Assembly (NCBI GenBank): GCA_963812945.1
Contig: CAWEXD010000008.1
Span: 945,107 to 1,009,106 of the forward strand
Direction: 5' to 3'
DNA length: 64,000 nt
Source of the DNA: an uncultured Candidatus Rokubacteria bacterium
GTDB taxonomy: Bacteria; Methylomirabilota; Methylomirabilia; Rokubacteriales; DASRDR01
Under the pieces are notes generated by a model, which was not told the origin of the DNA, did not search any database, and worked only from the letters and a program-made list of their open reading frames with translations. The stretch's first letter is position 1; each line of letters begins with the position of its first letter. Positions 18,055 through 27,161 of the stretch are shown piece after piece. A program made the translations under genes and the position numbers.

Positions 18055-19599
18055 TCAGCCCTCCCGGTACACGTACTTGAGCCCCCCGAGGCTCTTGTTG
18101 CCGAGCGCGCCGGGGAGCCGCGCGTAGCCTCCGAACGTGGCGAGATGCGCCTCGGCCTGGGGCCGCCAGTGGAGGAATACCCACGGGGCCAGCTCCACGA
18201 TCCGCTGCTCCGCCTGCGCGTAGACCGCCGCGCGCTTCGCCTGGTCCCCCGTGCCTCGGCCTTCGGCGAGGAGCTTGTCCAGCGCCGCGTCGCTGAACTC
18301 GACGGCCCGGGCATACGACGCGCCCCCGGTGCCGAAGAAGGCCGTGTAGTAGTCGGGATCGGGCCAGGGCAGGCTGAACCCGTCCATCATCATCTGGTAC
18401 TCGCCGGACACGCGCTTCCGCTGCTGGGTCGGGACGTCCATCGGCTTCAGCTCGACCTGCGTGAACCCCGCCTTCTGGAGCTGGGTCACGATGATCTGGG
18501 CCGAGTCCATGTGGACGGAGAGCGTCGTCGAGTCGAACACGATCTTGGTCGCGCCGGGGTTGACACCGGCCTCGGCGAGGAGGCGCTTGCCCCTCGCGGG
18601 GTCGTGGGACCAGGTTCCCTGGAGCGCCTTCGGGAACGCCCAGTGCCCGTCGGGGATCAGCCCCGCGCCGAACGGGCGGCCGATGCCGCCCCAGGCCAGC
18701 TCGATGATCTCCTTGCGGTCGACGAGATAGTTCAGCGCCTGGCGGACCTTCACGTTGTCGAAGGGCGGGCGCTTTGGATTCATGCGGATGACGTTGAACG
18801 TGTCGTAGCCCACGTGGACCTTGATCTGGGCGTTCTTCTCGAGGCCCTTGATCTCCTGCCAGGGGATGTACTCCGCGAGGTCCACGCTTCCCGTCACGAG
18901 CGCCTGGACGCGAACGTCGTCCTTGGCCACGGTCGCGAGCTCGATCCGGTCGAGGTAGGGATACGGGGACTCCCAGTAGTCGGGGTTCTTGACGAGGGCG
19001 TAGCGCACCCCGGTCTCGAAGGGGCCCAGCTTGAAGGGCCCGGTGCCGCTGGCCGCCTTCTTGAGGTCTCCGCCGCCCGCAACCCACTTGCTGTCGGCGA
19101 TGACGGCTTCACCCGCGGCGAGGAGCTCGAGGAACGGCGCGCTGGGCTGCTTGAGCGCGATCCGGACCGTGGAGGGGTCGACGACCGTGACGGCCTCGAC
19201 GACCTCGAACTCCTTGGACCGCGTCGCGTTGGTGGCCGGCGCCTGGATCCGCTCGATGTTCCACTTGACGTCGTCCGCGGTGAACGGGTTGCCGCTGTGG
19301 AACCGGACGCCCTTCCGGAGATGGAGGACGAAGGTCGTCGGGTTCGGCGTTTCCCAGCGTACGGCGAGCCCCGGCTCCAGCACGCCCTTCGTCGAGTACC
19401 GGAGGAGACCCTCGTAGACGTTGGCCTGGAACGAGTAGGTCGTGGCGCCGTAGTTGATGTGCGGGTCCCAGCCCGTCGGGTCGCGGAGGAGCGCAACCTT
19501 CAGGGTGCCCCCGGGCTTCGGGGCCGCCTCGCCGGGCTGTCCGGCGGATCCGAGGAGACACAGCAGGGCCCCGAGGGCCCCCAGCGTGCGCACTCGCAT
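18055..19599 (-). CDS. peptide/nickel ABC transporter substrate-binding protein (family 5 SBP)
   Basis: ORF 18055-19722; internal ATG at 19597-19599 preceded by GGACGGAGG gives signal peptide MRVRTLGALGALLCLLGSAG; about 510 aa mature. Confidence 0.8.
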   Translation of the reverse strand: MRVRTLGALGALLCLLGSAGQPGEAAPKPGGTLKVALLRDPTGWDPHINYGATTYSFQANVYEGLLRYSTKGVLEPGLAVRWETPNPTTFVLHLRKGVRFHSGNPFTADDVKWNIERIQAPATNATRSKEFEVVEAVTVVDPSTVRIALKQPSAPFLELLAAGEAVIADSKWVAGGGDLKKAASGTGPFKLGPFETGVRYALVKNPDYWESPYPYLDRIELATVAKDDVRVQALVTGSVDLAEYIPWQEIKGLEKNAQIKVHVGYDTFNVIRMNPKRPPFDNVKVRQALNYLVDRKEIIELAWGGIGRPFGAGLIPDGHWAFPKALQGTWSHDPARGKRLLAEAGVNPGATKIVFDSTTLSVHMDSAQIIVTQLQKAGFTQVELKPMDVPTQQRKRVSGEYQMMMDGFSLPWPDPDYYTAFFGTGGASYARAVEFSDAALDKLLAEGRGTGDQAKRAAVYAQAEQRIVELAPWVFLHWRPQAEAHLATFGGYARLPGALGNKSLGGLKYVYREG

Positions 19600-19742
19600 G
19601 ACGTCGACCTCCGTCCGAGGAGTCGAGCCGGCGACCTCGCGAGGCGCGGGCCGGCGGTCTGTTGCCGAGCCTATCGGGACAATACGCGCCCCGTCAAGGG
19701 CACCGGACCTGCTGATTCGCATGTGTGGGTGCCACGCGCTTT

Positions 19743-19769
19743 TTGGCGGTCGACGTTGTGCGATATACT
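19743..19769 (+). promoter_or_regulatory. candidate sigma70-like promoter (TTGGCG / TATACT) upstream of 19860-22553
   Basis: TTGGCG at 19743-19748 and TATACT at 19764-19769 in the divergent intergenic region; spacer 15 nt is shorter than optimal. Confidence 0.2.
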
Positions 19770-19859
19770 GGCCGCCATCGGGCGTGCCGTGGGAGAGTCC
19801 ACCAGGCGGCTGCTCGGGGGGCTCCGCTGCCCCGCCACTGAATTCGGCTTCTCGTTCGC

Positions 19860-22553
19860 GTGATGACCTGGCCCATCCTCGGTGCTCTGACGCTGGGAGC
19901 GCTGGTTCGTCTCGCGCTCCTTGCCATCCCGGGCGCCTGGTTCGACGAGGCGACGACGGGCCTCATGGGGCTGGCCGTCCTCCGTGGCCAGTTTCCTGTC
20001 TACTTTTTCGGTCAGCCGTTCATGGGAGCCCTCGACGCCTACCTCGCGGCACCGGTATACCTGGTCCTTGGCACCTCGTTCGCCACCCTGAAGCTGCTGC
20101 CGGTGCTGCTGTCCATCGCCTGGATGGGGTTGGCTGCGCGTCTGGCGTGGCATGTGGCTGGGCCCTGTGCGGCGTGGTGGACGGCGATCCTCCTGGTGAT
20201 ACCTCCCGACTTTCTGCTCTATTGGGCACACCAGGCCCGCACCCACTACCCTCTCGGGCTTGTTCTCGGCACACTCGCCCTTCTCCTCGCACACCGGGCC
20301 GCATCGGCGCCATGGCCGCGCGCCGCCTTTCTCTTCTGGCTCTTGGGCCTGGTGCTCGGACTCGGCTTCTGGACGAACTTCCTCGTGCTCGTGTTTTTCC
20401 CGTCGGTGGCCGTCCTCGCGACCCGCGGCGGGGTGCGTCGGTTCGTGGCGGGCGCGCTCCGTGTGATTCCGGCGTTCGCCCTGGGGAGCCTCCCGCACTG
20501 GCTGTACGGACTCCCCCACGGCACCGCGATCCCGCCGGCTGGCGAGACGCTGCCGCTCGGGGCCATGCTCTCGCACCTCGACGTGTTCCGCCGGGTCTCC
20601 TGGCCCATTTTGGTCGGTGTGCCGGCTGGTCTGCGTCTCACGTGGGCAGGGGCCGCCCTGGCCGTGGCCCTCGCCATGCTGTACGGTGCCGCCTTGTTCG
20701 ACGCCGTGCGCCGTAACCGAGATCGAGCCCCTGCGGGGCAGTGGTTGGGCGTGGCGCTCGTGGTTTTGGCGGCCGTCAACCTCACCGCGGTCGTGGGAAC
20801 GGTCTATGGACGGATCCTAGACGACCACGACCAGCGGTATCTTCTCCCGGCCTATTGTGCGCTGATGCCGCTCCTGGGAGCCTGGCTCGCCCGGCTTCGC
20901 ACCGCCCGAGCGATCCTGCTTGGCGCCGCCGTGGTCTTCGTGCACGTGGGAGGCGCAGCGACGCGAACGCTCGAGAGCTTTGCCCCGACGCTCGCCGCAA
21001 CCGAGGCCGCTCGGGCGGAAGCGTGGCAGAGGGCGGCGGGCAAACTCGCTGCGGAGGGGCCCCGTCACATCTACGATCAGAAGCAGTCGAGCCGCCTACT
21101 CACGTTCCTGTCCGGGGGACGTGTGATCTTCTCGAACCCGTACGAGGAGATCGTAACCGAGCAAGCCCTCGCCGTCGACGGGATGCCGAGAGTCGGCTGG
21201 TCGGTGGGATCCCGAGCGCTGGAAGCGAGCTTGGGCGCCTTGGGAGTGCGGTTTCTGCGTCGAGAGCTCGATCCCCGGAGGGCCGTCTACGTCGATTTCG
21301 AGGTGGCGGATCATCGCCTGGTGGAGCTTGACCCGAGTCTGTTCCGTGTCGACGCGAGCGAAGCTTCGGACACGAGCAACTCGGTGGCGGACCGCCGTGC
21401 GGATACGCTCTGGAGGACAGCGGGCCTGCAGCAGGGGGGTGAGTGGTTGCGTGCCGACCTCGGTACGACCGCCCAGGTCGCTCTCATCCGCTGGATACCT
21501 GGCACCTTCCAGGAGGTTCCCCGCGGCATCCGGCTGGAAGCGTCCGTCGACGGTATCGCTTGGCGCGTGCTGGTCGAGCTACCGGAGTACCAAGGGCCGC
21601 TCTATTGGTCGGCTGGCCGGCCCATGCAGCGCGTCCGGAGCGGCCGTGTCGAGCTGCGGGTGCCGCCGACGCCAGCGCGCCACCTGCGGATCACGCAGAC
21701 CGGGCGGGATGAGCGATGGGGCTGGACGGTCCGCGAAGTCTTCGTCTACGCCGACGCGCAAGGGCCTCCATCCGCCGACGGCACCGTGGAGGGCCAGGTC
21801 CTTGCACGAGGCTTGCGCGATGCCGGCGTCACGCGGCTCTACGCCGATCACGGCTGGGCCAGCCGGGTAGCGCTCGCCGAGCCTTCGATCCGCATCCCCC
21901 CGGCGAATCTCTACCTCGATAACCATGGCTTCGTGGGTCCGGCCGCGGACGTGCTCCCGCCGTTCCACTGGGCGCCGGGGACTGGCGTCCTCCTCGAGCC
22001 GGCGGACGCTCCGGGCTTCGTGCTCGCTGCGCGCCGCGCTGGTCTCCAGTTCAGCGCCCGATCGCTCGCGGGCCTCGAGCTGTTCGTTCCCGCACCGTCA
22101 CCCCCGCTCCCGATCCGGCCGCTGGAGGCGCGGGCGCTGACGGTCACGGCATCCCAGCGCGCCGAGCGGGCCTCCCGGGCGGTGGACGGTGACTCCTGGA
22201 CCCGCTGGGCCACCAAGGGACCGCGGGCGGCGGGGGATTGGTTCCGCATCGACCTTGCGGCCCCACGGCGACTCCACACCGTTCGGTTCACCGCGACCAA
22301 CCCCTCGCACCTTCCCGAAACGCTCGAGATCGAGGTCTCCGCGGACGGCACGAGCTGGCGGAAGGTGCCCGCGACCACCCACGTCGAGCGCACGCTTCGC
22401 TGGGGTGGTATCGCGCTCCTGGCCGATTCTGCCGTCGCCGTGCGTCTGGACGTGGAGGGCGTCACCGCCCGGGCGGTCCGTCTCGTACTCTCCGAGGGTC
22501 ACCCGGAGGCCGCCTGGTCGATCCACGAGCTCGAGCTCCGTGCGTCCGACTGA
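19860..22553 (+). CDS. membrane GT-C fold glycosyltransferase (PMT/ArnT-like) fused to two C-terminal discoidin (F5/8 type C)-like domains; paralog of 13105-15804
   Basis: 897-aa ORF (GTG 19860 or ATG 19863); polytopic N-terminal half with first-loop motif AWFDEATTG; C-terminal RADTLWRTA...WLRADLG and AVDGDSWTRWAT...WFRIDLAAPRRLHTVRF. Confidence 0.6.
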   Translation: MMTWPILGALTLGALVRLALLAIPGAWFDEATTGLMGLAVLRGQFPVYFFGQPFMGALDAYLAAPVYLVLGTSFATLKLLPVLLSIAWMGLAARLAWHVAGPCAAWWTAILLVIPPDFLLYWAHQARTHYPLGLVLGTLALLLAHRAASAPWPRAAFLFWLLGLVLGLGFWTNFLVLVFFPSVAVLATRGGVRRFVAGALRVIPAFALGSLPHWLYGLPHGTAIPPAGETLPLGAMLSHLDVFRRVSWPILVGVPAGLRLTWAGAALAVALAMLYGAALFDAVRRNRDRAPAGQWLGVALVVLAAVNLTAVVGTVYGRILDDHDQRYLLPAYCALMPLLGAWLARLRTARAILLGAAVVFVHVGGAATRTLESFAPTLAATEAARAEAWQRAAGKLAAEGPRHIYDQKQSSRLLTFLSGGRVIFSNPYEEIVTEQALAVDGMPRVGWSVGSRALEASLGALGVRFLRRELDPRRAVYVDFEVADHRLVELDPSLFRVDASEASDTSNSVADRRADTLWRTAGLQQGGEWLRADLGTTAQVALIRWIPGTFQEVPRGIRLEASVDGIAWRVLVELPEYQGPLYWSAGRPMQRVRSGRVELRVPPTPARHLRITQTGRDERWGWTVREVFVYADAQGPPSADGTVEGQVLARGLRDAGVTRLYADHGWASRVALAEPSIRIPPANLYLDNHGFVGPAADVLPPFHWAPGTGVLLEPADAPGFVLAARRAGLQFSARSLAGLELFVPAPSPPLPIRPLEARALTVTASQRAERASRAVDGDSWTRWATKGPRAAGDWFRIDLAAPRRLHTVRFTATNPSHLPETLEIEVSADGTSWRKVPATTHVERTLRWGGIALLADSAVAVRLDVEGVTARAVRLVLSEGHPEAAWSIHELELRASD

Positions 22554-22571
22554 CCGTCGACGGGGACGGCG

Positions 22572-23636
22572 TTAGGCGTGCCGCTCGCGGAGGCGCGCGG
22601 CGGCCAGGCACATGACCTTGAGCTTCTCGTAGGCCTCGTCGAGGTCCATGGGGTTCTGGACCGACGGGGCAAAGCCGCAGTCCGGGTGGAGGACGATCCG
22701 ATCCCCGTCGACGTGGCGCATGGCCGCCTCGACGCGGGCGACGACCTGGTCGACGGTCTCGACCTGTCGCTCGCAGTGGTCGATGCACCCCAGGCCGAGC
22801 CGGGGCGCGGCGGGGAAATGGGCCAGGGCCGCGAGCCCGCCGGCGGCCGGGGTGGCCAGCTCGAGCGAGATCGTGCCGACGCGAACCCGCGCGAGGGCGG
22901 GCATGATGAGGTCGTAGGACCCTTCGGTCTTGTGCTGGCGCGCGAAGTGGGCGTGACAGAGGTGGACGGATGTCTCGATGCCGGTGAGACCGTCCAGCGT
23001 CTGGTTCAGGAGGTCCGCGCACAGGTCCATCTCGTAGCGGACGTCGTCGATGCCCTCCTCGGCCCGGAACCGCGGGTCGACCAGGGTGGCGAGCCACGGC
23101 TCGTCCAGCTGCACGGTGTCGGCGCCGGCGGCGCGAACGGCCTGGATCTCCCGCCGGAGCACGCCGACGCAGTCGGCCATGAGCTTCTCGCGCGTCGGGT
23201 ACGCGGCGCGTGAGTGGTCGGGGTGCCACATCCGCCGCCCGATGATGTAGGGCGACGGGAGCGTTGCCTTGACGCGGCGGTCCGTCCGCGCCCGGAGGTA
23301 GCGGATCTCCGGCGCCGCGATCTCGCGGTGGTACTCGATGGGGGCGACGACGGCCGGGTAGGGGAGGCCGCCGCTCGGGTTGATGTCAGGCCGGAACCCG
23401 CGAACGCGCTCCGCGAAGACCTTGACGTAGCTCTCGCGGCGCCACTCGCCGTCCGTGACCTCGTCCAGGCCCGCGCGCTCCTGGAGCCTGGCGGCGGTGT
23501 CGACCGCCGCGTCCAGGAGACGGTCGGCCTCGGCCTCGGCGAGCCGGCCTGCCTTCCGGTCGAGGATGACGTCACGCACCCAGGCGGGGCGCGGCAGGCT
23601 GCCGATCACGGTGGTCGGGAAGGGGTGTGCGGGCAT
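22572..23636 (-). CDS. cobalamin-independent methionine synthase family protein (MetE C-terminal domain-like)
   Basis: 354-aa ORF; N-terminus PTTVIGSLPRP; putative metal ligands in SVHLCHAHF and HPDCGF. Confidence 0.6.
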   Translation of the reverse strand: MPAHPFPTTVIGSLPRPAWVRDVILDRKAGRLAEAEADRLLDAAVDTAARLQERAGLDEVTDGEWRRESYVKVFAERVRGFRPDINPSGGLPYPAVVAPIEYHREIAAPEIRYLRARTDRRVKATLPSPYIIGRRMWHPDHSRAAYPTREKLMADCVGVLRREIQAVRAAGADTVQLDEPWLATLVDPRFRAEEGIDDVRYEMDLCADLLNQTLDGLTGIETSVHLCHAHFARQHKTEGSYDLIMPALARVRVGTISLELATPAAGGLAALAHFPAAPRLGLGCIDHCERQVETVDQVVARVEAAMRHVDGDRIVLHPDCGFAPSVQNPMDLDEAYEKLKVMCLAAARLRERHA

Positions 23637-23703
23637 GGGTCCTCTCGGTCCCCGTCGCAGGCTCTGTCAGACGCCCGGGCTCGCGCTCCCGCCGCGGCTC
23701 GCG

Positions 23704-24825
23704 TCAGGCGCGGGCCGGGCGGCGGAGGAGCTCCTCCCGGAGGCGGCGGGCCACGACGGTGGCCTCGTCACCGCGCAGGCAGTGTGGGTCCACGAGGAGC
23801 TCGCCGCGGCTGACGCGGACCATGATCGGCGGCTCGCCCCGCCGGAGCGCGTGCATCACCTCGTCGGGCGTCAGGCCGGTGGCGGCGCGGTCGATGCCGA
23901 GCAGCAGGGTGGGGGCCGTGTACACGCCGCGGTCCTCCTCCAGACGAGCCGCGACTCCCGGGATCCCGGTGACGGCGCCCAGGATCCGGCGCGCCTCGTC
24001 CTGGTGCCGCGCCCACTCCGCGTCGTGGTCGTCCTGGAGGAAGAGCTCGAGGGCGGTGACCAGGCCGATGATCGCCTCCTTGCTGACCTTGCACGGCCGC
24101 CCGATGGCGGAATTGGGCGCGCCGTTGGCCGCGGCGGCCCGGATGAGGTCCGCGCGGCCGACCAGGAGGCCGGTGTTCTGCGGTCCGCGGATCCCCTTGC
24201 CCCCGCTCACGATCACGAGGTCCGCGCCGGTCTTCGTCCAGCGCGTGAGGTGGCCGACCGGCGGGAGGGTCGACGCCGCGTCGATGATCAGCGGCAGCCC
24301 GTGGGCGTGGGCGATGACGGCCATCCGCGCGGGCCCCACGCCGCGGTCGGCGAGCCCCGGCGAGACGATGTAGATGAGCGCGGCCGTCCGCTCCCCGAGG
24401 ACCGCCTCGATCGCCTCCGGCGTGCAGGCGTCGGCGTCGCCGACCTCGACCATCACGGCGCCGGCCGCGCGGAGGGCCTGGTCGTAGTGGATGCGGTCGC
24501 ACCGCTGGATGACGATCTCGTTGCGCATGCCGGCCGTGTCCGGAAGCCGCCGGATGCGGTCCGGGTCGTCGCCGGCGATGCACGCGGCGGCGGCGAGGAG
24601 GAGTCCGCCCGCCGAGCCCGAGGTCACGTGAGCGCCGTCGACGCCGACCAGGCGCGCGATGTGCGCGCCGGCCCGGGCGTTGAGCTCGCCCATGTCCACG
24701 AACGCGCCGGCCGCCTCGGTCATGGCGTCGAGCACGGGCTTCGGCATGAGCGAGCCGCTCGCCATCGTGTTCATGCCTCGGGCGTTGATGATGGGCCGCA
24801 CACCGAGCCGCGCGTAGACGTCCAT
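23704..24825 (-). CDS. SelA-like PLP-dependent enzyme family protein
   Basis: ORF 23704-24879; ATG at 24823-24825 preceded by GGGAGG; N-terminus MDVYARLGVRPIINARG and a GGKG motif, as in SelA-like enzymes. Confidence 0.5.
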   Translation of the reverse strand: MDVYARLGVRPIINARGMNTMASGSLMPKPVLDAMTEAAGAFVDMGELNARAGAHIARLVGVDGAHVTSGSAGGLLLAAAACIAGDDPDRIRRLPDTAGMRNEIVIQRCDRIHYDQALRAAGAVMVEVGDADACTPEAIEAVLGERTAALIYIVSPGLADRGVGPARMAVIAHAHGLPLIIDAASTLPPVGHLTRWTKTGADLVIVSGGKGIRGPQNTGLLVGRADLIRAAAANGAPNSAIGRPCKVSKEAIIGLVTALELFLQDDHDAEWARHQDEARRILGAVTGIPGVAARLEEDRGVYTAPTLLLGIDRAATGLTPDEVMHALRRGEPPIMVRVSRGELLVDPHCLRGDEATVVARRLREELLRRPARA

Positions 24826-24875
24826 GTGGGTCCTCCCGCGGGATATTTTGGGCGGACCGTGCGCCCAGTCAAGGG

Positions 24876-24892
24876 CCAATCGGTACGATTGG
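24876..24892. promoter_or_regulatory. perfect 7-3-7 palindrome CCAATCGgtaCGATTGG in divergent promoter region
   Basis: Read directly at 24876-24892 between divergently transcribed 23704-24825 and 25004-26443. Confidence 0.3.
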
Positions 24893-25003
24893 CGTCGGGC
24901 CCCGTCGGGTCCGGACCACCCCGCGCCGGGCCGCTGCGCCGTCGGCTGCTACAATGAACAGCTGTGCCGGGCGTCCGCGGAGCCCGCGTAGAGGAGATAC
25001 TTC

Positions 25004-26443
25004 GTGCCCGATCGTGATCTCTGCTTCACGCCGGCGACCGAGCTCGCCCGGCTGTACCGGGCCCGGAAGGTCTCCCCCCTCGAGGTCATGCAGGCGGTCC
25101 TGGCCCGGATCGACGCCGTCAATCCGCGGGTCAACGCGTACGTCACGCTGGCCCGGGAGTCCGCCCTCGCCGCCGCGCGGCGGGCGACGGCGGCCCTCCG
25201 CCGGGGTGGGACGCTCCCGCCGCTCTTCGGGATCCCGCTGTCGATCAAGGACCTCACGCCCACGAAGGGCATCCGCACCACCTGGGGCTCGAAGATCTTC
25301 GAGCATCACGTGCCGTCCGAGGACGCGCTGGCGGTCGCGCGCCTGAAGGCGGCCGGCGCCATCGTCGTCGGCAAGACCAACACCCCGGAGTTCGGGGCCG
25401 GGGGGAACACCTTCAACGCGGTGTTCGGCGTGACGCGCAATCCCTGGAACCTCGCGCTCACGTGCGGTGGGTCGAGCGGCGGCGCGGCGGTTGCCCTGGC
25501 CACCGGGATGGGTCCGCTCGCGCAAGGCTCGGACCTGGGTGGGTCACTGCGCACGCCGGCGGCCTTCTGCGGCGTGGTGGGGTTCCGCACGACGCCCGGG
25601 CTCGTCCCGGTCTACCCGCGGGAGCTGGCGTGGGACTCGCTGGCGGTGTCGGGACCGATGGCGCGTACGGTCGCCGACACGGCGCTGATGCTGTCGGTCA
25701 TGGCCGGACCGGACGACCGCGCCCCGCTCTCCTACGACGTCGACACGCGCGCGTTTCCGGCGGCGGTCCGCCGGCCCTCGGTCCGAGGCTGGCGCGTGGC
25801 CTGGACGCCCGATCTCGGCGGGCTCATCCCGGTGGACGCCGAGGTCGCCCGGGTGGCCGCCGGCGCGAGCCGCGTGTTCCGGTCGCTCGGCGCCCGGGTG
25901 GCCACCGCGTCGCCGTCCTTCGCGGAGCTCCACGACGTCGTGCTCGGCACGCGCGGTCTGTTCATGGCGGCGCTCCACGCCGACCGCCTCGAACGGTGGC
26001 GCGGAGAGATGCAAAAGGGGCTGGTCTGGAACATCGAGCAGGGCCTCGGGCTCACCGCGCGCGACATCGGCCGCGCCGAGAAGCTTCGAACCGCGCTGTG
26101 GGATCGGGTGCGGCGCTTCATGGAGCGGTACGAGCTCCTGGTGCTGCCGACGGTGGCGGTCAAGCCATTCCCGGTCGAGCAGCCCCATCCGACGGAGCTC
26201 GACGGGAAGTTGATGGCGGACTACACGCAGTGGTTCTTCCTCACGTACGCGATCACGGTGACGGGCCTGCCGGTGATCTCCGTTCCGGCCGGCTTCACCC
26301 GCGACGGCCTCCCGGTGGGGATCCAGATCGTCGGGCGCCGGCGCCAGGAGGCGGCGGTGCTGCGCGCGGCGGCGGCGTTCGAGGCGGCCGCACCCTGGGC
26401 GCACGGGATCCCGCCCGTCGTCGCGGAGAGCGCGAGGGCATGA
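25004..26443 (+). CDS. amidase (amidase-signature family, GatA-like)
   Basis: 479-aa ORF; GTG start after GAGGAG; motifs GIPLSIKD, GGSSGGAAVALA. Confidence 0.8.
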   Translation: MPDRDLCFTPATELARLYRARKVSPLEVMQAVLARIDAVNPRVNAYVTLARESALAAARRATAALRRGGTLPPLFGIPLSIKDLTPTKGIRTTWGSKIFEHHVPSEDALAVARLKAAGAIVVGKTNTPEFGAGGNTFNAVFGVTRNPWNLALTCGGSSGGAAVALATGMGPLAQGSDLGGSLRTPAAFCGVVGFRTTPGLVPVYPRELAWDSLAVSGPMARTVADTALMLSVMAGPDDRAPLSYDVDTRAFPAAVRRPSVRGWRVAWTPDLGGLIPVDAEVARVAAGASRVFRSLGARVATASPSFAELHDVVLGTRGLFMAALHADRLERWRGEMQKGLVWNIEQGLGLTARDIGRAEKLRTALWDRVRRFMERYELLVLPTVAVKPFPVEQPHPTELDGKLMADYTQWFFLTYAITVTGLPVISVPAGFTRDGLPVGIQIVGRRRQEAAVLRAAAAFEAAAPWAHGIPPVVAESARA

Positions 26444-27138
26444 GGCCGCGCGGGCTCCGGATCCTCTCCGCCAACCTCGCGAACGGCCGGGCCGACGTCG
26501 ATGGGTTCGCGGCCCTGGTGGAGGCGGTCGATCCCGACGTGGTCACGGCTCAGGAGCTCGTTCCCGAGCACGCCGACGCGCTCGCCCGGCTCCTCCCGTT
26601 CGGCAAGCTGGAGCCGGCGCGCGACCACAATGGCATGGGGATCGCGCTGAAGGCGCCCGGGAGCGTGCGGCTGTTCGAGCTGCCGTACCGCTCGGCGTAC
26701 GTCGCCGAGCTGCCCTGGTCCGGGGACGGCGGGGACGGCGAGCCGATCGAGGTCCTGAACGTGCATCTCGCGGCCCCGCACGTGCACCCGATCGTCCAGC
26801 GGCTGTGGGATCGCCGGGGCCAGATTCGCGCGATCGTCGCGCATCTCGAGGCGACGCCTCGGCGCCGCCGCGTGTTGATGGGGGATCTCAATGCCACGCC
26901 CCTCTGGCCTGCGTACCGGCGACTCCGGGAGCGGCTGGACGACGGGGCGGTGCAGGCGGCCCGCCGCAGCGGGCGCCGGCCGGGACGCACGTGGGGCCCG
27001 TGGTCCGGGTCGGTGCGGCTCCTCCGGATCGACCACGTCCTGCTGCAGGGGCTCGTCGCCACGGAGACGCGCGTCCTGCCCCTCCGGGGCAGCGACCACA
27101 GCGCCCTCGTCGCGGACCTCGCGCCTACCGAGCCGTAG
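26440..27138 (+). CDS. endonuclease/exonuclease/phosphatase (EEP) family protein
   Basis: In-frame segment of ORF 25462-27138 starting MRPRGLRILSANL; ATG overlaps amidase stop (ATGA); terminal RGSDHSALVADL. Confidence 0.6.
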   Translation: MRPRGLRILSANLANGRADVDGFAALVEAVDPDVVTAQELVPEHADALARLLPFGKLEPARDHNGMGIALKAPGSVRLFELPYRSAYVAELPWSGDGGDGEPIEVLNVHLAAPHVHPIVQRLWDRRGQIRAIVAHLEATPRRRRVLMGDLNATPLWPAYRRLRERLDDGAVQAARRSGRRPGRTWGPWSGSVRLLRIDHVLLQGLVATETRVLPLRGSDHSALVADLAPTEP

Positions 27139-27161
27139 CGGTCTTCGCCGGCCGGATGGCG

